64,000 bases of DNA from Candidatus Omnitrophota bacterium (GTDB lineage Bacteria > Omnitrophota > Omnitrophia > Omnitrophales > Aquincolibacteriaceae): assembly GCA_903856085.1 (NCBI GenBank), contig CAIOAT010000024.1:3180-67179 (forward strand). Reading direction: 5' to 3'. The notes below the pieces were generated by a model. That model did no database searches, was not told the DNA's origin, and worked only from the letters and a program-made list of their open reading frames with translations. Shown in pieces: positions 18,873-27,657 of this stretch (position 1 is the first letter of the stretch; each line of letters begins with the position of its first letter). A program made the position numbers and the translations under genes.

Positions 18873-20638
18873 GGGGCACCGCCTCCGGGCTTCGCGCCGA
18901 CATCCGCGATCGTGACGCGAAAAACCTCATCGAGCGATGTTTCACCCGCCAGCGCCTTTTGGATCGCTGATTCTCGCAAGGTGTTCATCCCGTGCTCCCG
19001 GGCCCTCTCTTTAATGAGATCCGCGGACGCTCCTTGCATGATCATATCCAGAATATCCGGTTTCATTTCGAGGATCTCAGTGATCACGCTCCTGCCCTGA
19101 TAGCCCAGCTGGCGACACTGCGAACAGCCCTTGGCTTTCCAAAGCTGTATCTTTTTTTTCGGGTCTAAATTCAGGAATTTATACATATCAGGTTCGAGAT
19201 CGTATGCGACGCGACAACGCGGGCAGAGACGACGCACCAGCCGCTGGGCCGAGATCATTAGAACGGTCGACGCGATCAGGAACGGCTCAAGTCCAAGATT
19301 CGCCATGCGGGTCACGGAACTCACCGCGTCGTTGGTGTGGAGCGTGCTCAGAACAAGGTGGCCCGTCAGCGCGGCCTTCACGGCGATATCGAGCGTTTCC
19401 GCATCACGGATCTCTCCGATCAAAATAATGTCGGGATCCTGGCGCAAGATCGAACGTAGAGCCGCGGGAAATGTCAGCCCTATGGATTCGCGGACATTGA
19501 CCTGATTGATCCCGGACATCTGATACTCCACAGGATCCTCAACCGTTGTAATATTTACCTGCGGGGAATCCAAGTATTTGAGGACCGAATAAAGCGTAGT
19601 TGTTTTTCCGCTTCCGGTCGGTCCGGTCACAAGGATCATCCCATGCGGCTTCTTGGCCGAAGCCCGTATCACGCTCTGCTCCGTCTCTGTAAAACCGAGC
19701 TTTTGGATATCATGCGACTGAGCCCCAGTATCCAAAATGCGCAAGCAGACTTTCTCGCCGAAGCTGGACGGCAAGATAGAAACGCGCATGTCCACTTCCC
19801 GACCCTGCGTCCTGACTTTGAAACGGCCATCCTGGGGAACGCGGTGTTCCGCGATATTGAGCTGGCTCATGATCTTAACGCGGGAAACGATGGCGGCGCC
19901 AAAACTCTTTTGCGGTTTTACGATCTCCTCAAGGATTCCGTCAATGCGCATACGGATCCGGACAAAACCTTCCCAGGGTTCAATAAAAATATCACTCGCC
20001 CGGCGACGCACCCCCTCCACGAGCACCATATTGACAAGTTTCACGACCGGCGCCTGATTGGCCTGTTCCATGAGATCCGCGACCTTCTGCTGCTTATCCA
20101 GGGTCGCCTCACTTTCAACCATATTGGCAAGACTTACGAGATCTTCGGCACCCTCATCCAAAACAGGCTCTTCCGAGACACTGACCTCTCCCTGATAGGA
20201 TTTCTGTATGTATTCCTTGAGCTGAGAGTATTCCGCCACCGAAGTCCTGATGCGTTTTCCGGTAATCGCCTGAAGTTCATCCAAAACTTTTATGTTGGTG
20301 GGATTCGCCACCGCAACCGTCAAAGTCTTTTCAAGTAAGGATATCGGGAGGCACCCATAAGCCTCTGCGGTTTTCTTGGAAACGAGCTTTAGAACTTCTT
20401 TGTCAATGATCAGCATTTTGAGACTGACGAGACGATAACCGTATTCCTCACAAAGAACGCTCACGAGTTTTTTTTCGTCGCATTTCCCGGCCTGTTGAAG
20501 TATGTCTAGAAAATGCAGTTTGTTGGAGCTCTTGACCTGTTCCTGGAGTGCTTGTTGGAGATCGGCAGAGCTGACGACTCCCGCCCGCAGAAGAGCTTCT
20601 TTAAGATCCGGCAATGACGTTCGCATGGGTTCTGTCAT
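18869..20638 (-). CDS. pilB: PilB/GspE-type assembly ATPase (paralog 1)
   Basis: GPTGSGKTT, LRQDPDIILIGEIRD, TGHLVLSTLHTN and CPRC/CSQC. Confidence 0.9.
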   Translation of the reverse strand: MTEPMRTSLPDLKEALLRAGVVSSADLQQALQEQVKSSNKLHFLDILQQAGKCDEKKLVSVLCEEYGYRLVSLKMLIIDKEVLKLVSKKTAEAYGCLPISLLEKTLTVAVANPTNIKVLDELQAITGKRIRTSVAEYSQLKEYIQKSYQGEVSVSEEPVLDEGAEDLVSLANMVESEATLDKQQKVADLMEQANQAPVVKLVNMVLVEGVRRRASDIFIEPWEGFVRIRMRIDGILEEIVKPQKSFGAAIVSRVKIMSQLNIAEHRVPQDGRFKVRTQGREVDMRVSILPSSFGEKVCLRILDTGAQSHDIQKLGFTETEQSVIRASAKKPHGMILVTGPTGSGKTTTLYSVLKYLDSPQVNITTVEDPVEYQMSGINQVNVRESIGLTFPAALRSILRQDPDIILIGEIRDAETLDIAVKAALTGHLVLSTLHTNDAVSSVTRMANLGLEPFLIASTVLMISAQRLVRRLCPRCRVAYDLEPDMYKFLNLDPKKKIQLWKAKGCSQCRQLGYQGRSVITEILEMKPDILDMIMQGASADLIKERAREHGMNTLRESAIQKALAGETSLDEVFRVTIADVGAKPGGGAP

Positions 20639-20689
20639 GATCGCCTGCTCGTCAGAGCTGCCTGACGGCTTATTTTAAAAATGAACTTT

Positions 20690-20788
20690 TCCATCAGGGC
20701 GCCTGATTTTTCTATTAAAAAAAATGCCGGGAAATCAGCGCAGTCCTGATGGCCCCTTGGAGAAATAAACAAATCCATCAGGGCGCCT
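20690..20788. repeat. 15-bp direct repeat with an internal complementary segment upstream of pilB
   Basis: TCCATCAGGGCGCCT at 20690-20704 and 20774-20788. CCTGATGG at 20745-20752 is complementary to both copies. Confidence 0.7.
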
Positions 20789-21221
20789 CGTGATAGATAA
20801 AATAGATTGCATTCAGGATCTCAGAGATCCGGGAAAGAAACACCTGGGGAATGCGGCCCGTCAGCGTCCGGATCTTTTCAACAACTGCGTCCCCCAAGGG
20901 ATCCGCCACCGCGACATAAACCTTCTTCGCATCACAATCGAACGCCACCACCATATTCTCGTGGCAGAAATCCGCATTCAGCATACTAGCCATGTCGGGA
21001 TTGATCGCATAGTTCTTGAGCGGAAGATACGGGATTTTGAACTGTTTGCCGAGAGCACCAATCAAATGCTCCTCGTCCACGAACTTCTTCTCAATGAGGA
21101 TCCTTCCGATCAAGCCGCCTTTTTCCTTCTGATAGGCAAGGGCTTCCTCCAGATGAGCTTTGGATAAAAGCCCATCTTCGATCAAGATCTCTCCGATTTT
21201 TCTCTTTATTTTTGGAATCAT
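20778..21221 (-). CDS. Stand-alone MshEN/GSPII_N-domain protein (putative c-di-GMP binder)
   Basis: RKIGEILIEDGLLSKAHLEEALAYQ and LIGRILIEKKFVDEEHLIGALGKQ fit the tandem MshEN motif, followed by VAVADPL; no ATPase domain. Confidence 0.8.
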   Translation of the reverse strand: MIPKIKRKIGEILIEDGLLSKAHLEEALAYQKEKGGLIGRILIEKKFVDEEHLIGALGKQFKIPYLPLKNYAINPDMASMLNADFCHENMVVAFDCDAKKVYVAVADPLGDAVVEKIRTLTGRIPQVFLSRISEILNAIYFIYHEAP

Positions 21222-21319
21222 TTCGTTCCTTGTTTAATTTCCTTATCTATAAGTAACGGCACATGTTGCAAAGAATTTTGCGTTTTTTGTCCTCCGTGGC
21301 CAAACCATAAATCAGAAGG

Positions 21320-22003
21320 TCAGAAAAATCTCTGGAGAGGACACCCTTCACACCGAGGAACCTTCCGACAATGTTCCTTCCCCGTCCGAACGATCTGAGC
21401 ATGAAAATCATTATAAAGGTCCAGGCTTTTCGGCAACGCCCATGTAAAGATCTCACGCCATCGATGGTAAGTTTCATGCCCCTTGACCAATCCGTGCCTT
21501 GAGAAGATTCTTTGGGTGTAAGCGTCGATCACAAACGATGTCTTGCCGAGAGCATAGACAAGGATGGAATCCGCGGTCTCCGGCCCTACTCCTTTCACGG
21601 CAAGAAGTTTGTCGCGAAGCACCGGCATCGTGCTCCGTTTCAGTTCCGAAAGATCGCCTCCACATTCGCGATCCAGGAAAGCCATAAAACATTTAAGCCG
21701 GTCCGCTTTGATATTGAAATATCCAGCCGGTCGTATCAGCTGCGCAAGTTTTTCTTTAGAAATGCGGCGCAGCGCAGCGAATGAAAGCTTCTTGGCTTTT
21801 TTGAGATTCAAAATAGCCTTTTCGACGTTCGTCCAGGCCGTGTTCTGCGTAAGGATCGCCCCGACCATAACCTCAAAAGGGGTATCCCCCGGCCACCACT
21901 TCTGATGACCGTATGCCTTCCTCAATGCCGCATAGACTCGAAGAAGCTGTGAAGCTTTAAGCCGATTCTTTTTTTGACAGAGGATAGGTTCTGAGGATCT
22001 CAT
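21320..22003 (-). CDS. Endonuclease III-related HhH-GPD glycosylase
   Basis: WWPGDTPFEVMVGAILTQNTAWTNV, GVGPETADSIL and C-x5-C-x2-C at the C-terminus. Start codon uncertain. Confidence 0.88.
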   Translation of the reverse strand: MRSSEPILCQKKNRLKASQLLRVYAALRKAYGHQKWWPGDTPFEVMVGAILTQNTAWTNVEKAILNLKKAKKLSFAALRRISKEKLAQLIRPAGYFNIKADRLKCFMAFLDRECGGDLSELKRSTMPVLRDKLLAVKGVGPETADSILVYALGKTSFVIDAYTQRIFSRHGLVKGHETYHRWREIFTWALPKSLDLYNDFHAQIVRTGKEHCRKVPRCEGCPLQRFF

Positions 22004-22562
22004 AGCGAACGCCTTCCGGAAGGTTGTGACTTTGAAAAAGAACAAAATGGTCTGCGATTTTCTCCGGAGTCGGCCATGCAAACGGGACTTTCGCCAAGAG
22101 AGGCTTCAAATCCTGACTCTTTCGTTTAACACGCCCGATCGTCACATGCGGTTGGAACGGCCTTGCCTCGGTTTTAAATCCAAGCGTCCGAACCTCCCCT
22201 TGAAGAGCCTTCTGTAAAGACAGAAGCCGGCCGGTAGGTTCCTCAACACCCAACCAGACAAGATCCGGTCTTTCAAGACTTGGAAATCCGCCGATCCGGT
22301 CCAAGCGCAATTTGAGCGGCGAAAAAAGCGACGCTACTTTTCTTGAAGAAAGATGGATCAGCTCGATCTCAGCAGCAGAAACGGGACCGAAAAAATGAAG
22401 GGTCAGATGAACTTGCCGGGGCTCGACCCATCGAACACCGGGGATCTCGCGACGAAGTGGGCGGAGAATATTCTCCATCTCTTGACGGTAGATCCCGTGG
22501 AGTGGGATCGCAAGAAACACCCGCGCCGGAGCTTTTTTTAACGGATCTTCCGCCATAGACAT
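21957..22562 (-). CDS. thpR: RNA 2',3'-cyclic phosphodiesterase
   Basis: Two HxT motifs (HLTLHFFG, PHVTIGR). Confidence 0.9.
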   Translation of the reverse strand: MSMAEDPLKKAPARVFLAIPLHGIYRQEMENILRPLRREIPGVRWVEPRQVHLTLHFFGPVSAAEIELIHLSSRKVASLFSPLKLRLDRIGGFPSLERPDLVWLGVEEPTGRLLSLQKALQGEVRTLGFKTEARPFQPHVTIGRVKRKSQDLKPLLAKVPFAWPTPEKIADHFVLFQSHNLPEGVRYEILRTYPLSKKESA

Positions 22563-23758
22563 TCAAGCGCTTTCGTTGCAGCCTTGTCCTGGACCTGATG
22601 GCGCTCTCCCCAAAAAGTATGCTTCCAAGTCCGGACCGTTCCGTCGGGAGATGCAAGACCTATATAAACAAGACCGATCGGCTTTTTGGAACTGCCGCCG
22701 CCGGGCCCGGCGATTCCTGTAATGCCAAGGCCGAAACTTGAATCCATCCGAGTACGAACCGATCTCGCGAGCTGGAGAGCGACTTGAGCGGAAACCTCTC
22801 CGTGTTTCTTAATGAGCTTTTCCGGAACGCCAAGATTCGTTTTCACGGTTGCATGATACGCGACCACTCCCCCGCGAAAAAAGAAACTAGCGCCTGGACA
22901 GGCGGTAATCCGCGAAGCCAAAAGCCCGCCCGTGCAGCTTTCCGCGACAGCAAGCGTTTGCTTTTTTTTCGTCAGGATCTTTCCGATTACCACAGACAGA
23001 GGCGTTTCATCCCAGCCGTAGATCCGGTCCTTGAGCCGTGTCGCGATCTTCTTTTTGAGCCGACTGAGAACATCCGCTTGATCCACAAGAATTCGGATCG
23101 CGATTTCTCCGGCCGAGGGATAGATCCCAAAATCGAACCGATCCTCAAAAAAATCTTTCCCGAGTTTTTTCATCACATCCGGCTCCGAAATACCGGCCAT
23201 CCGCACGATCAGCCTCCGGCACTTAAAAAGATCCCCATATTTCTTCTTTAGAAACGGAAGCACCACATCAAAATACATATTCTGAAGCTCTGAGGGAACA
23301 CCGGGAAGCGCGATCGCGATCTTTGCCCCGATCTCGATCGAGAATCCAAGAGCGATCCCAAAACGATTAATGAGGGGCTTCGCATTCTCGGGATAAAACG
23401 CTTCGCGCTTCACAAGCGGAGGCACGCACTTGCCGTAACGCTTGTAGACCTTTTGGAGGCGTCTGTACTGTTGGGCTGAAAAAACAAGAGGGACTTTAAA
23501 ATGCGCGGCAATACCTTCACGGGTCACATCATCGGGCGTCGGCCCGAGCCCACCCATCATGATAACGAGATCCACGCGACGGAGAACTTCGCCAAGCCGG
23601 AAACGGATCGCTTCCTGCGAATCCGCGCAAACGCCGTGAGAGATGACCTCGAACCCAAGACTTGAGAGCTCACGTCCGAGAAACGCGGCATTGGTGTTAA
23701 CTACACTCCCGCGCAAAACTTCATTCCCGATCGAAAGGATCGCTGCGGTAGGCTTCAT
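22538..23758 (-). CDS. cinA: CinA (MocF-like domain plus NMN deamidase domain)
   Basis: IGNEVLRG, GGLGPTPDDVT, AESCTGG and TGIAGPGGG. Confidence 0.92.
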   Translation of the reverse strand: MKPTAAILSIGNEVLRGSVVNTNAAFLGRELSSLGFEVISHGVCADSQEAIRFRLGEVLRRVDLVIMMGGLGPTPDDVTREGIAAHFKVPLVFSAQQYRRLQKVYKRYGKCVPPLVKREAFYPENAKPLINRFGIALGFSIEIGAKIAIALPGVPSELQNMYFDVVLPFLKKKYGDLFKCRRLIVRMAGISEPDVMKKLGKDFFEDRFDFGIYPSAGEIAIRILVDQADVLSRLKKKIATRLKDRIYGWDETPLSVVIGKILTKKKQTLAVAESCTGGLLASRITACPGASFFFRGGVVAYHATVKTNLGVPEKLIKKHGEVSAQVALQLARSVRTRMDSSFGLGITGIAGPGGGSSKKPIGLVYIGLASPDGTVRTWKHTFWGERHQVQDKAATKALECLWRKIR

Positions 23759-24768
23759 TTAAAGATCGCGAACAAAATGATCCAGGCGTAGAGCCCGGCG
23801 CCCAGATCGTCGGCCATAATACCCCAGTAACGCGGGATACGTTCAAGTGACCGCACGGGGAAAGGTTTAAACACATCAAAAGCGCGAAACAACACGAAAC
23901 CCAGAATCGCGGAATACCAAGTCAGCGGGATCAGCATGAACGTTATAAAAATACCGCAGACCTCGTCGACCACGATGTATTGCGGGTCCGGATCCGGATC
24001 CGTGATCCGCTCATACGCCAAAGCGCCCCACACGACCAAAAACACAAAAACCGCCCCGTAAAGTCCGCCACTCCACCTCGTCAGGAAAACCAGAAACACG
24101 CCAAGCAAACTTCCCCATGTCCCGGGAGCAATCGGGAACAACCCAACGCCCACCGCGAGAACGAACTTATTGAAGGCTTCGGATCCAAAATGAGCCCGTT
24201 GGTTCCAGAGGAACATGCCTCCGGAGATAAGCGTCAACGCGACGGTCGTGATCAAGAGGATTGGAAGAAGAAAATGGAGAATACCCGTCACCGCATCCAA
24301 CGAGGGATAAGGGTTCATTAGTAAATACACAAACGCGATCCAAACCGTGACCGTCTGAAAACCGAATTTCAGCTTCCCCATCATCTCCGCACCCAAGGAC
24401 TTCCCTTCGAGAAGCCATCCCGTCCGGCAAAACGTCACCAGGATCTCACGAATAAAGATCGGGACCACCCACCAAATGGAATAAAAATGAAGCGTGGCAA
24501 AGGTGGCCATCGGCGCCAAGATCAGGATCTTGTCATTAAAAGGGTCGATCCATCGCCCAAAGGCCGATTCAAGTTTGTACTGGCGGGCGATCCAGCCGTC
24601 GAAATAATCGGTGATCGCGCCAACCATGAACAAAATAAAGGCCCAGAGATGCGCCGACGGACTCGGCCGCAGGATCAAAAACGGCAGGGAAAGTCCGATG
24701 AAGCCCCGAGCAATGCTAAGCACGTTCGGGTTCAGAACGGAGTATTTATATTTGTCCCACAAGGTCAT
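23755..24768 (-). CDS. Fusion of PgsA (PGP synthase) and PgpA (PGP phosphatase)
   Basis: N-terminal CDP-alcohol motif TDYFDGWIAR..FGRWIDPFNDK. C-terminal PgpA motifs APGTWGS, DPQYIVVDEVCG, FRAFDVFKPFP and GIMADDL. Confidence 0.9.
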   Translation of the reverse strand: MTLWDKYKYSVLNPNVLSIARGFIGLSLPFLILRPSPSAHLWAFILFMVGAITDYFDGWIARQYKLESAFGRWIDPFNDKILILAPMATFATLHFYSIWWVVPIFIREILVTFCRTGWLLEGKSLGAEMMGKLKFGFQTVTVWIAFVYLLMNPYPSLDAVTGILHFLLPILLITTVALTLISGGMFLWNQRAHFGSEAFNKFVLAVGVGLFPIAPGTWGSLLGVFLVFLTRWSGGLYGAVFVFLVVWGALAYERITDPDPDPQYIVVDEVCGIFITFMLIPLTWYSAILGFVLFRAFDVFKPFPVRSLERIPRYWGIMADDLGAGLYAWIILFAIFK

Positions 24769-26083
24769 AGTCTTGAGTATCCGTGATCTTGACCGTATAA
24801 AATTTCCCGGCCGTTATTTCTCTTTGCGTTCGAATAAGAACACTCCCATCCACTTCCGGCGCGTCCATGGAGGAACGCCCAATCCATAAATTCGGATCTT
24901 TCTCATCCTGCGTTTCGACCAACACCCGCAGCTCCCTGCCCAGATACCGGCGATTGACTTCCCGCGCAATCTCCTGCTGCAACTGCATGGCCCGGTGATA
25001 ACGCTCCTCTTTGACCTTTTCAGGAACTTGGTCCGGGAATTCCGCCGCTGCAGAACCCTCTTCCTGGGAATACTGAAAAATCCCGAGACGCTCGAACTTC
25101 ATTTCGCGCATGAATGTCAGAAGCTCTTCGAAATCCTCGCCAGTCTCACCCGGAAAACCCACAATAAAGCTCGTCCGGATCACCACCTCAGGAATCATAA
25201 GCCGCAATTTTTGGACGAGCTCCACGGCCTGTTCCTTCGTATGGCCCCGCCTCATCGATTTGAGTATTTTATCACTAATATGCTGAAGCGGTAAGTCAAT
25301 GTAACGGCAGATCTTTCGGGACGCGCCAAAGGCCCTGATCATTTCATCCGTCAAGGTCGAAGGATAAGTATAAAGAAGCCTGATCCATTTGATCTCCCGA
25401 ACGGTCCCCAGCGCCTCCAGGAGTTGCGGCAAAAGAGATTTGCCGGCATAGTCCCATCCAAATCTTGTAATATCCTGACCGATCACGACGAGTTCCTTGG
25501 CACCCTCCTCGGCCAACCGCTTCGCCTCACGGACAAGATCCGCAATGTGACGGGAACGGTAGCGTCCGCGAAGTTTTGGAATCACACAAAACGAACAGGC
25601 ATGATCGCAACCTTCCGAGATCTTAAGATAACGAAAATGTTTGGGCGTCAGGGCGATTCGCGTTTCATCAGCCTCAGCAAGATAACCGGCCTTGTGGACC
25701 GTGACGAATTTCTGTCCGTCGGTCACCTTCTTCAGGACTTCTGCAATCCGCATATAATCCCCGGAACCGATGAAGGCATCAACTTCTGGAAATTCTTTCT
25801 GGAGTTCTTCCGCATAGCGCTGCACCAAACATCCCACCACGACCACCCCGAGCAGTTTCTTTTCCTTCTTCAACTCGAGTAGTTTCAGAAGCGCGTCGAT
25901 CGACTCCTCTTTGGCGGTTTGGATGAACCCGCAGGTATTAAGCAACACCACATCGCTTTGTTCGATATCCTGAGTAACCACGTACCGGGCGCCCTGGACT
26001 TTCCCGAGAATAACCTCGCTATCCACAAGTGTCTTGGGACATCCAAGCGACACGATGCTCACTCTGATCTTTTTTTCATTCAT
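24746..26083 (-). CDS. rimO: Ribosomal protein S12 methylthiotransferase
   Basis: SLGCPKTLVDSE, NTCGFI, radical-SAM motif CDHACSFC and DAPEVDG. Confidence 0.95.
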   Translation of the reverse strand: MNEKKIRVSIVSLGCPKTLVDSEVILGKVQGARYVVTQDIEQSDVVLLNTCGFIQTAKEESIDALLKLLELKKEKKLLGVVVVGCLVQRYAEELQKEFPEVDAFIGSGDYMRIAEVLKKVTDGQKFVTVHKAGYLAEADETRIALTPKHFRYLKISEGCDHACSFCVIPKLRGRYRSRHIADLVREAKRLAEEGAKELVVIGQDITRFGWDYAGKSLLPQLLEALGTVREIKWIRLLYTYPSTLTDEMIRAFGASRKICRYIDLPLQHISDKILKSMRRGHTKEQAVELVQKLRLMIPEVVIRTSFIVGFPGETGEDFEELLTFMREMKFERLGIFQYSQEEGSAAAEFPDQVPEKVKEERYHRAMQLQQEIAREVNRRYLGRELRVLVETQDEKDPNLWIGRSSMDAPEVDGSVLIRTQREITAGKFYTVKITDTQDYDLVGQI

Positions 26084-26097
26084 CCTGACGAACCCTC

Positions 26098-26131
26098 AAA
26101 AAAAAGGGCGGGGAAAAAATCCCCGCCCTTC
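26098..26131 (-). terminator. Intrinsic terminator
   Basis: AAGGGCGGGG/CCCCGCCCTT stem followed by a T-run on the minus strand, downstream of 26154..26735. Confidence 0.8.
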
Positions 26132-26153
26132 AAATCTGTTTCTAAAAAAGGTC

Positions 26154-26735
26154 CTACGATGCCGCGGTCTTTGCTGCAGGAGGAACCTCGGAGCGGATCT
26201 TCTCGCCTTCGGTCTTGTTCGCGGTTGTCTGCTGTTGCTTGAAAGCCTGACTGGAGGGCTTCTGGGATTGGAAATGCGCCCGGATCGCCTCACGTTTCTG
26301 TTCCTCAGTCATGCTGGGATCATTGGCGAGCTTCTGAAAAAAAGCGTTATTCTCACTACGCCGTTTATCCACAAAAGCCGCGATCTGCTCATACTGCTTC
26401 TCTCGGGCAGCAATAATCTCGTTCTTCTGAGCATCTGTCATCTTCGTGTTCAGCGCCAATTTGGCCTTCAACTCGGCCATTTGCTTATCACGAATGCCTT
26501 GTTGAAAGGCTTTGCTCTTCGCAATTTGGTTCTCGCGATACTGCTTGATCGCTGCCTGTTTTTCTTCAGGGGTTTTTTCTTTTACCGCTTGAAGAGGTGC
26601 CGTTTTTACTTGCTTGGGCTCCGCTTGCTGCACTTTTTTCTCTTCTTTCGGCTTATTGCCCCATCCCCATCCCGCTTGAAGTACCGCCGGCGCCATACAC
26701 AATAGCACCATCACCCACAAAATTACTTTTTTCAT
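26154..26735 (-). CDS. Secreted K/Q/E-rich helical hypothetical protein
   Basis: Signal peptide ending LQA, coiled-coil composition, own terminator. Confidence 0.75.
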   Translation of the reverse strand: MKKVILWVMVLLCMAPAVLQAGWGWGNKPKEEKKVQQAEPKQVKTAPLQAVKEKTPEEKQAAIKQYRENQIAKSKAFQQGIRDKQMAELKAKLALNTKMTDAQKNEIIAAREKQYEQIAAFVDKRRSENNAFFQKLANDPSMTEEQKREAIRAHFQSQKPSSQAFKQQQTTANKTEGEKIRSEVPPAAKTAAS

Positions 26736-26919
26736 CCTCGTTCTCCTTTTTTTAAAAAACTGAACCGTTACACCTGCTACATATTACACCGCCGGGAAAA
26801 CTTTTCAAAAAAAATTCTCCCCGACATGATTCCCCGCCGCAAAACACCGACAGGTCCATCCAAGCCTTGGCAGCAATCCTTCGCGCTGCCAGAAGGCCCC
26901 CACTCTCAAAAGTCGGTCA

Positions 26920-27642
26920 TCATTTCATTTCAAGTTCACGAATGGCGGTCACAACCACTGAAGGATTTTGTGGCTTCCCAAGATAAACGGAAGCCCCCGC
27001 GGCAAGACTCTTTTCCCGAAAATCCATCCCGGAATAGGTATAAACGATCAGCGGAACCGTCGTGCAACTCCGTATATCCTTGATCAGTACCTCCGCCTCG
27101 ACAGCATGCTGCTGATATTCCATGGCAATATAATCAGCAGGCTGTTTCGCCCAATATTCCTTAAAACCGCTCATGCCCTTGATAAAAAAAACCTGAAAGC
27201 GCTCATCACGCAATTCTTTGGCGACCGCCTGCGCCAGCGGGCTTCCCTCGGAATCCGCGAGATAGACAGTCTTTCTCTTTTTCAAAAGCGCCTTCCTGAC
27301 TTCGCCAAGAACAAGAGACATTTCGAACGGTTTATTAACAAACCCGTCCACAGCAATCCCTTCCATCAGACTCTCAAGCTCGCCGCGACCCGTCATGACG
27401 ATCACCGGCATCCGGGGTTTTCCATGTTTTGTAGAAACGGCGCGCAGAAAATCGAAGCCGTCTTTTCCCGGCATCCGAATATCCAGCATCACCAGATTGA
27501 CAGACCCCTGCTCTAACGCCTTGAGAGCTTTATCCACACTCGGCGCCGTCAGGACCACGTAACCTTCTTCCTCCAAATGGAGCTTCAGAAGATCTGCGAT
27601 CGCTCGTTCATCATCGACAATCAGTATTTTTTCTCCGCTCAT
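26920..27642 (-). CDS. Response regulator with two receiver-like domains (second degenerate)
   Basis: ILIVDDE, LDIRMPGKDG and KPF. The second domain has YLADSE, MEY and KP. Confidence 0.85.
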   Translation of the reverse strand: MSGEKILIVDDERAIADLLKLHLEEEGYVVLTAPSVDKALKALEQGSVNLVMLDIRMPGKDGFDFLRAVSTKHGKPRMPVIVMTGRGELESLMEGIAVDGFVNKPFEMSLVLGEVRKALLKKRKTVYLADSEGSPLAQAVAKELRDERFQVFFIKGMSGFKEYWAKQPADYIAMEYQQHAVEAEVLIKDIRSCTTVPLIVYTYSGMDFREKSLAAGASVYLGKPQNPSVVVTAIRELEMK

Positions 27643-27657
27643 AATACCTCCCTGGGA

